Shown here piece after piece: positions 57,973-64,000 of a stretch of DNA of 64,000 nt. The position numbers were made by a program, and so were the translations under genes. Numbering within the stretch: position 1 is the first letter of the stretch; every line of letters starts with the position of its first letter. The notes beneath the pieces were generated by a model that saw only the letters and a list, made by a program, of their open reading frames with translations, ran no database searches and was not told the origin of the DNA. The stretch comes from Chitinophagales bacterium (GTDB lineage: Bacteria > Bacteroidota > Bacteroidia > Chitinophagales > LD1): the NCBI GenBank assembly GCA_046329495.1, contig JAXLUO010000016.1:21499-85498 (forward strand), written 5' to 3'.

Positions 57973-60612
57973 ATGGAAAAAATGGACAACTATTCAATGG
58001 CAGAAAAAATGGCTACTGACGAACAGTTTTTCCGGGCACTGGTTATGCACTCGTCCGATGGAGTTCATGTACTGAACGAAGAAGGACTAATTACCTTTGT
58101 AAGCCCTGTTTGCGAAAAACTTTTGGGTTATTTGCCGGAAGAAATGATAGGTAGGCATGCGTTGGATTTTTTGCATCCGGAGGATATAGCCGCGACAAAA
58201 AAAATATTAGAGGAAAAGACCAACGGCACCTTTCAATTGCGCATTCGGCATAAAAGCGGTAATTATAGCTGGATGGAGGTTGTTCGGAATTTCAACTTCA
58301 ACCATCCGCTTATTCAGGGAGCCGTTATCAATTATCGAGACATTACAGAGCGCAAACTGGCCGAAGAGAAATTGCAGAAAAGCGAAGCGCTTTTCCGATC
58401 TATGATCGAAAACAGCAATGACCTTATTTTACGGCAAGATCGTCAAGGTAATGTTAAGTATGTAACGCCATCTATAACCTCAATGGCCGGTTATACGCAG
58501 GAAGAATTTTGTGGCCGTTTACCTATTGATTTTTTACACCAACAGGATATTGCCAAAGCTGAAGAAGATTTCCGCTATGCATTGAATAATCCCGGCAAGG
58601 TTGTTACGGGCTTGTACCGTATGCTACATAAAAATGGCAGCAACCTATGGATGGAAAGTAAGGCGGTCAACCTGCTTGATGTTCCGGGGGTAGAATCGGT
58701 GATTGTAAACATAAGAGATGTCACCCAAACACGGGATGGAGATGAAAAACTACGAAGGCAGGAAGCTTTTTACAGGGCATTGATTGAGCATAATGAGGAC
58801 CTTACTATTATGACTGATGCGCACAATAAGTTAATTTATTGCAGCCCGTCCACACTCCGCATTTTAGGATATTCATCAGATGAGTATGCACAAATGCCAC
58901 CCATAGATCATACACACCCTGATGATTTGGAGTTGGTAAATACGGCTATGCAACGCGCAGCACAGTCGCCGGGCTCTGCTATTCAACTTGTGTTACGTCA
59001 AAAAACCAAAGAAGGCCATTATCTGTGGACGGAAGGTACTGTTACCAATCTACTTAATATTCCGGCTGTTTCCGCCATTGTTTTCAACCTGCGTGATGTA
59101 ACCGATCGTATTGCTGCGGAATTAAAAGCCCGTAAAAGTGAAACTATCCTTTCCTCTTTCTTCAGTAGCAGTACGGAGGCTTTCCTACTGGTAGACCGCA
59201 ATTACCGGGTAATGACCTTTAATACTAAGGCCAATCAATACACACTAAATTCTGATAAACGCCCGCTTAAGGTAGGAGAAAATATTCTCGATTCCCTCCC
59301 TCCTTCGCGTCGCGAGGACTACATACAGTTGATAGAAAAAGTATTCAAAAACGAGTCGTTTAATTTCGATTCTCAAGCCACAGATACCGGCCTTTGGTAT
59401 CACATTGTGGTAAATCCGGTTAGAACTGATAGTGGCAATGTTATTGGAGCGTGCTTCATTATATCAGATATAACTCAGCAAAAATTGGCGCAGGAAGCAC
59501 TAAGCAAATCCGAAGCCAACTTACGCACTATTCTAAATAATGCCGATACAGCATATGTACTGTTAAACAACAATTTCGATATACTCTCCTTTAATCAATT
59601 GGCAAACGACTATGCCGTTCTTGATCTCGGCAAATCGCTGGTAGAAGGAGATAATTTCATTCAAACACTTTGGAAAAAATGGCAGCCAACAGCCTTTACC
59701 AATATGAGTAAGGTGTTGGAAGGCGATACTGCTGAATATGAGTCGAGTTATTTACAGGCAAACGGTGAACGCTTATGGTTTCACGTTCGCATAAACCGCA
59801 TTATGGATGAGAAGGAAAAAGTAATAGGCCTGTGCATATCTGCATCCAACATAACCGAACGTAAATTAGCGGAAAATCAAATCCGCGAATTCAGCGTGCA
59901 ACTAGAACAAAAGGTAAAAGAGCGCACCTACGAACTGGAAGTTGCAAATAAGGAATTAGAAAGCTTTAGCTACTCTGTTTCGCACGATTTACGTGCACCA
60001 CTGCGCAGTTTGAACGGCTACAGCCAGGCATTATTGGAGGACTACGGCACCAAACTGGAGGAGCGTGCCCAACACTATCTTAAGCGCATCCAGCTCAATA
60101 GCGAAAGAATGGCCAATCTAATTGACGACCTTCTGAAACTTTCCCGCGTTACCCGCCAGGTTTTGTCAAAGCAGGAAATAAACCTTTCCAAAGTAGCCCG
60201 CGAAATTTTGAAAGAATTAGAAGAAAAGTATTCCATGGAATACATCAATGTGCATATAGATACCGGAATGCTGGCACAGGCCGACCCCCACTTGATTAAA
60301 ATTGCCCTGCACAACCTATTGGATAATGCTATAAAATTTACAACAAAAGCCGAGCAACCGGAAATAATATTTTCTTCATTTGTTGACGAAAATAACCGGA
60401 AAGTTTGGTTCATTAGTGATAATGGAGTAGGTTTCGATATGCAATACGCCGGTAAACTATTTGGTGCCTTTCAAAGGCTACACGACAAAGACGATTATCC
60501 CGGAACAGGCATTGGCCTCTCAATCGTGCAAAGGGTAATTAACAGGCACGGTGGCAAAATTTGGGCCGAAGCCACGGTTAACCAGGGCGCCAAGTTCTTT
60601 TTCACTTTATAA
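57973..60612 (+). CDS. Cytoplasmic multi-PAS (about five) histidine kinase
   Basis: Repeated PAS/PAC units ending in (R/S)(D/N)(I/V)T, then SHDLRAPLR, NLLDNAIKF, GTGIGL. Exact start uncertain (57949-58009). Confidence 0.92.
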   Translation: MEKMDNYSMAEKMATDEQFFRALVMHSSDGVHVLNEEGLITFVSPVCEKLLGYLPEEMIGRHALDFLHPEDIAATKKILEEKTNGTFQLRIRHKSGNYSWMEVVRNFNFNHPLIQGAVINYRDITERKLAEEKLQKSEALFRSMIENSNDLILRQDRQGNVKYVTPSITSMAGYTQEEFCGRLPIDFLHQQDIAKAEEDFRYALNNPGKVVTGLYRMLHKNGSNLWMESKAVNLLDVPGVESVIVNIRDVTQTRDGDEKLRRQEAFYRALIEHNEDLTIMTDAHNKLIYCSPSTLRILGYSSDEYAQMPPIDHTHPDDLELVNTAMQRAAQSPGSAIQLVLRQKTKEGHYLWTEGTVTNLLNIPAVSAIVFNLRDVTDRIAAELKARKSETILSSFFSSSTEAFLLVDRNYRVMTFNTKANQYTLNSDKRPLKVGENILDSLPPSRREDYIQLIEKVFKNESFNFDSQATDTGLWYHIVVNPVRTDSGNVIGACFIISDITQQKLAQEALSKSEANLRTILNNADTAYVLLNNNFDILSFNQLANDYAVLDLGKSLVEGDNFIQTLWKKWQPTAFTNMSKVLEGDTAEYESSYLQANGERLWFHVRINRIMDEKEKVIGLCISASNITERKLAENQIREFSVQLEQKVKERTYELEVANKELESFSYSVSHDLRAPLRSLNGYSQALLEDYGTKLEERAQHYLKRIQLNSERMANLIDDLLKLSRVTRQVLSKQEINLSKVAREILKELEEKYSMEYINVHIDTGMLAQADPHLIKIALHNLLDNAIKFTTKAEQPEIIFSSFVDENNRKVWFISDNGVGFDMQYAGKLFGAFQRLHDKDDYPGTGIGLSIVQRVINRHGGKIWAEATVNQGAKFFFTL

Positions 60613-60624
60613 TTCTCCGCACCA

Positions 60625-61074
60625 ATGGATATAGCTAAAGATAAAATCATTCTTCTTGTTGAAGACAATTCCGATGACGTGGCCCTTACATTAAGGGCCT
60701 TTCGTAAGAGTAATTTAAAAAACGAAATAGTGGTTGCCGAAGATGGTGCCGATGCGCTTGATTATTTATTGGGCGAAGGCAAGTACGCCGGACGTGATAC
60801 TACTATAGCACCAACATTAATCCTGCTTGATCTTAAACTTCCCAAAATACCCGGGCTTGAGGTATTACGCCGCATCCGTGCGGATGAGCGTACCAAACTT
60901 CTGCCTGTAGTAATTTTAACCAGTTCTGTGGAAGAACAAGATCTTATTACCAGTTACAAATTAGGGGCTAATAGCTATCTGCGCAAGCCGGTTGATTTCA
61001 ATAAATTCATTGAAGCCGTTCAACAATTAGGTTTATACTGGTTGGTTTTAAATGAGTCTCCTCCCCGCACCTAA
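60625..61074 (+). CDS. Single-domain response regulator (Rcp1-like)
   Basis: LLVEDN.DD, LLDLKLPK, VVILTSS, GANSY.RKP. Confidence 0.95.
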   Translation: MDIAKDKIILLVEDNSDDVALTLRAFRKSNLKNEIVVAEDGADALDYLLGEGKYAGRDTTIAPTLILLDLKLPKIPGLEVLRRIRADERTKLLPVVILTSSVEEQDLITSYKLGANSYLRKPVDFNKFIEAVQQLGLYWLVLNESPPRT

Positions 61075-61086
61075 ACATTTAACGCT

Positions 61087-62607
61087 ATGGACAAACCCCT
61101 CCGACTACTACTAATTGAGGATAATGAAGATGATGCGCATTTTATTTTGCGCATGTTCGAAACACACGGCCACGAGGTAGATTGCCAAATGGTCAAATCC
61201 GCTGATGGGCTTAAAAAAGCACTTAAAAAGGAATTTGACCTGATTGTTTCTGACTATTCTCTACCCGGCTTTGATGGTGGTAAAGCGCTAAACATCGTAA
61301 AAGAACATGGCCTTGATATACCATTTATCATCGTATCAGGTAAAATTGGTGAAGATGTAGCTGTAAGTTTGGTACAAGCCGGCGCGAGTGACTACATCAT
61401 GAAAGACAATCTCAAGCGTCTGATACCTGCAGTTGAGCGTGGCTTACAAGATGCGGAGATCAAGAAAGTTGCCCGCCGATCTGAAGATCGTCTTCAAACG
61501 CTTTCGCAAATTGTAAAAATGACCAATCACAGCGTTACCATAACAGATGCTGCAGGTCGTATTGAATGGGTAAACGATGGCTTTACTAAACTCACCGGCT
61601 ACAACCTTGACGAAATTGTTGGCAAAAAACCCGGTGACTTTTTAATAGGCCCGGAAACCAGTACAGAAACTGTTAAACGTAATTCGGAGTTGGTTCGCAA
61701 TCGACAACCTATTAACTGCGAAATACTAAACTACGCCAAAAGTGGCAGAAAATACTGGATTGAACTTCAAACTCATCCTATCTTTAATTCCCAGGGAGAA
61801 GTGACTAAGTTCTTCTCTTTTCAAATCGATATAACCGATCGAAAGTTGTTGCATGAGCGTGAACAACGCATTAACGAAGAACTTGAAAAGAAGGTAAAAG
61901 AGCGTACACTGGATTTGGAAAACATAAATCGGGACCTGGAGCGATTTAATTCTACTCTTTCCCACGACTTGCGTAGTCCTTTGCGACAAAACAAAATGCT
62001 GTTGGAGATGATGCAACGCAAGTTGAGTAAGCAACTGCAGGAGGATGAATTGGAAAACATAACCATCATCAAGAATAATATTCTGCGAATGGAGATGCTG
62101 GTTAATGGCCTTCTGGCACTTTCTAAATTAGGTAACAAAACGCTCGAATTAAGGGAAGTTAATGTTCAGGAGATTGCAAACACCGTGGTAAACGAATTGC
62201 AAAGCGAGTACGCATCCAATTTACATGAACTAACCATAGATGAATTACCAGTAATTACAGCCGACCCCATGTTAGTGCAGCAGATACTTCACAACCTGCT
62301 TTCTAACGCCTTTAAATATAGCAGCAAGAAAGAGCACCCTCGTGTTAAACTCGGTTATAAGAATAATGCCGGGGAGCATTTGTTTTTAGTGAGTGATAAT
62401 GGCGCAGGCTTCGATATGAAATATTACGATAGCCTGTTCGGTAATTTCAGTCGCTTACATGCTAATACCGAATTTGAAGGTGTTGGTTTGGGACTAGCCA
62501 ATGCTAAACGTTTTGCAGAAAAGTTAGGTGGCAAAATCTGGGCTGAAAGTAAACCTAACATGGGTAGCACTTTTTACTTTACTATTCCGGCAAATACTGC
62601 AGAGTAA
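61087..62607 (+). CDS. Hybrid receiver-PAS-histidine kinase
   Basis: N-terminal receiver (VSDYSLP), LOV-like PAS, SHDLRSPLR, NLLSNAFKY, GVGLGL. Confidence 0.92.
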   Translation: MDKPLRLLLIEDNEDDAHFILRMFETHGHEVDCQMVKSADGLKKALKKEFDLIVSDYSLPGFDGGKALNIVKEHGLDIPFIIVSGKIGEDVAVSLVQAGASDYIMKDNLKRLIPAVERGLQDAEIKKVARRSEDRLQTLSQIVKMTNHSVTITDAAGRIEWVNDGFTKLTGYNLDEIVGKKPGDFLIGPETSTETVKRNSELVRNRQPINCEILNYAKSGRKYWIELQTHPIFNSQGEVTKFFSFQIDITDRKLLHEREQRINEELEKKVKERTLDLENINRDLERFNSTLSHDLRSPLRQNKMLLEMMQRKLSKQLQEDELENITIIKNNILRMEMLVNGLLALSKLGNKTLELREVNVQEIANTVVNELQSEYASNLHELTIDELPVITADPMLVQQILHNLLSNAFKYSSKKEHPRVKLGYKNNAGEHLFLVSDNGAGFDMKYYDSLFGNFSRLHANTEFEGVGLGLANAKRFAEKLGGKIWAESKPNMGSTFYFTIPANTAE

Positions 62608-62610
62608 TTA

Positions 62611-62640
62611 AAAAGCCCTTGCAACTTATGCTGCAAGGGC
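62611..62640 (-). terminator. Intrinsic terminator
   Basis: GCCCTTGCA-8 nt-TGCAAGGGC followed by TTTT on the minus strand. Confidence 0.75.
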
Positions 62641-62641
62641 C

Positions 62642-62838
62642 CAAGTTCACCGGATATTAAGTTTGAGAGTTCGTTCGCTTTGGTTTACACACTTTCCGGT
62701 GCACTCAAGAAGTTAAACAATTCCGCTGTGGTTGGCCGCTACCGGCCGATACCCCTTCGGCGCTTTTAGTCCAGGTCAATCTACCCGAATACCTGGATTA
62801 AGGAAGTTTTATTAGCCAACCACCCGGAAATTGTTTAA
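62642..62838 (-). ncRNA. Candidate structured RNA of unknown family
   Basis: ~22-bp closing stem enclosing two hairpins, plus a separate 14-bp stem; see findings. Confidence 0.45.
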
Positions 62839-62843
62839 TCAAT

Positions 62844-63209
62844 TCAGGCAGCCTGACGGGCACCCATTTTATCTTTCATCAACAGTTCTTCGTAAACTGA
62901 GAGGCGGTTCAGCAATTTCTTGTATTCGTCAACTACATTGCTTAAGTGATTATTATCGAACATGCGGAGATTTTCGTCGGTTACAGGGATATCCATTGCC
63001 AACAGAAAAGGCATATCCACTTTCATTACATTGCAAAAGCGTTGCAAAGTTTCAATCTTCAGGTTGCCTGATTTGGTTTCAAGGCTGCTATAGGCCTGTT
63101 GTGTAATATTCATTTCCTGGGCTACGGCAGCTTGCTTTAAGCCACGGTATTCGCGAATTTTTCTAAAACGTTCTGAAAGGGTGCTGGTTGTTGTTGAATT
63201 TGTAAACAT
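62844..63209 (-). CDS. XRE-family HTH transcriptional regulator (paralog B)
   Basis: RFRKIREYRGLKQ..VAQEMNITQQAYSSLE; about 55% identical to paralog A by manual alignment. Confidence 0.9.
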   Translation of the reverse strand: MFTNSTTTSTLSERFRKIREYRGLKQAAVAQEMNITQQAYSSLETKSGNLKIETLQRFCNVMKVDMPFLLAMDIPVTDENLRMFDNNHLSNVVDEYKKLLNRLSVYEELLMKDKMGARQAA

Positions 63210-63268
63210 GACGTATGGTTTTTCGGTTAATTAATGGTTATAGTTTTTTATTTAATTGTTTCTCTTTT

Positions 63269-64000
63269 TTAGCGCACTAAGGCAATGTTTTCACTCTTAA
63301 GTAGGTTGCCGCCGTTTTGGCATTGGCCTTTCACTACATATACATACACTGCTAATGGTGCTGGCTCGCCGGCAATTGTGCCGTCCCAGCCTTCTTGAAC
63401 ATTCTTTGTTTCGAACACCAACCGGCCCCACTGATCAAACACATGGAAGTAGTCCAGATTGGTAAGTGAGTTAGAGCGAACAAACATGCGATCGTTAGTG
63501 CCATCGCCATTCGGAGTAAAGGTGTTTGGCAGGTAAACCGAGTTTGGATCGCAGCTTACTACATGAATGTTTATCGAATCGGTAACAGAACAGCCAAATT
63601 GGTTGGTGCCGGTTACGTATACAGTTTGCGATTGTGTTGGGAAAACAGAGGTTCTTCTGCAATCAGCACAGCTTATCGAATCGGCAGCTTGCCAGTTATA
63701 AGTTAAGTTCGAATGAGAAGCAGCATATACTGCAACTTCAGCGCCCGGAGTAGTGGTTACATCTTGTGATACTTCAATATCCGGAGTACCGCTAACCTGA
63801 ATGTTAACCTGAGCGGTGTCGGCAGTGCAACCAGGTGCGCTTGCTATGATGGTGAAGGTTGCCGGTTGATTGTTTAAGGTGGCTACAGGATTGGCTATCG
63901 TGGCATCGTTTAATAAGGTAGCAGGAAACCACATAAATGACACACCTGAATCGGGGCCCTGGGTAATTTGCGATCCCAGTTGAACGGTATCACCTGCACA
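63269..64000 (-). CDS. 3' part of a T9SS type-B cargo protein (gliding-motility-associated CTD), truncated by the window edge
   Basis: Frame is open to position 64000; C-terminal YLPNTFTPNGDGTND...FDQWG...WDG. Confidence 0.88.
   Translation of the reverse strand, partial: CAGDTVQLGSQITQGPDSGVSFMWFPATLLNDATIANPVATLNNQPATFTIIASAPGCTADTAQVNIQVSGTPDIEVSQDVTTTPGAEVAVYAASHSNLTYNWQAADSISCADCRRTSVFPTQSQTVYVTGTNQFGCSVTDSINIHVVSCDPNSVYLPNTFTPNGDGTNDRMFVRSNSLTNLDYFHVFDQWGRLVFETKNVQEGWDGTIAGEPAPLAVYVYVVKGQCQNGGNLLKSENIALVR

Noticed and set aside
50971-63209. Composite transposon or island bounded by the two XRE genes
   Set aside because: No transposase, integrase, terminal inverted repeats or target duplication seen; similarity is at protein level only.

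Overview
A 64-kb chromosomal window from a Bacteroidota bacterium, judged by TAnnTTTG promoters, T9SS cargo, PorP/SprF genes and a Chitinophagales-like gene set. No integrase, transposase, rRNA, tRNA or CRISPR-cas was recognised. 0-24 kb is mostly housekeeping and envelope genes: a ceramidase-family hydrolase, a NadR-type kinase, a TPR histidine kinase, a TPP riboswitch with a TonB-dependent receptor, DUF4139, a DUF5723-TSP3-OmpA protein, guaB, an LptF/G permease, tgt, pgk, a GT-C glycosyltransferase and gyrB. A ~0.9-kb gene-poor island of phased repeats lies between pgk and the glycosyltransferase. 24-41 kb holds three tandem T9SS-secreted zinc metalloproteases (one M43, two M4) on SprB stalks of 11, 21 and 1 repeats. 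45-64 kb holds T9SS type-B cargo with two PorP/SprF genes, two paralogous XRE regulators and a PAS-kinase/receiver cluster with no output domain. Best leads: (i) a divergent small secreted-peptide ORF plus a 504-aa helical regulator-like protein resembling an RRNPP/Rgg-SHP peptide-signalling pair (53-55 kb); (ii) the repeat array at 18.6-19.3 kb; (iii) a structured ncRNA candidate at 62.6-62.8 kb; (iv) a 6S-like RNA outside its usual context at 55.5 kb. All domain calls come from motif recognition by eye; no database searches were run.
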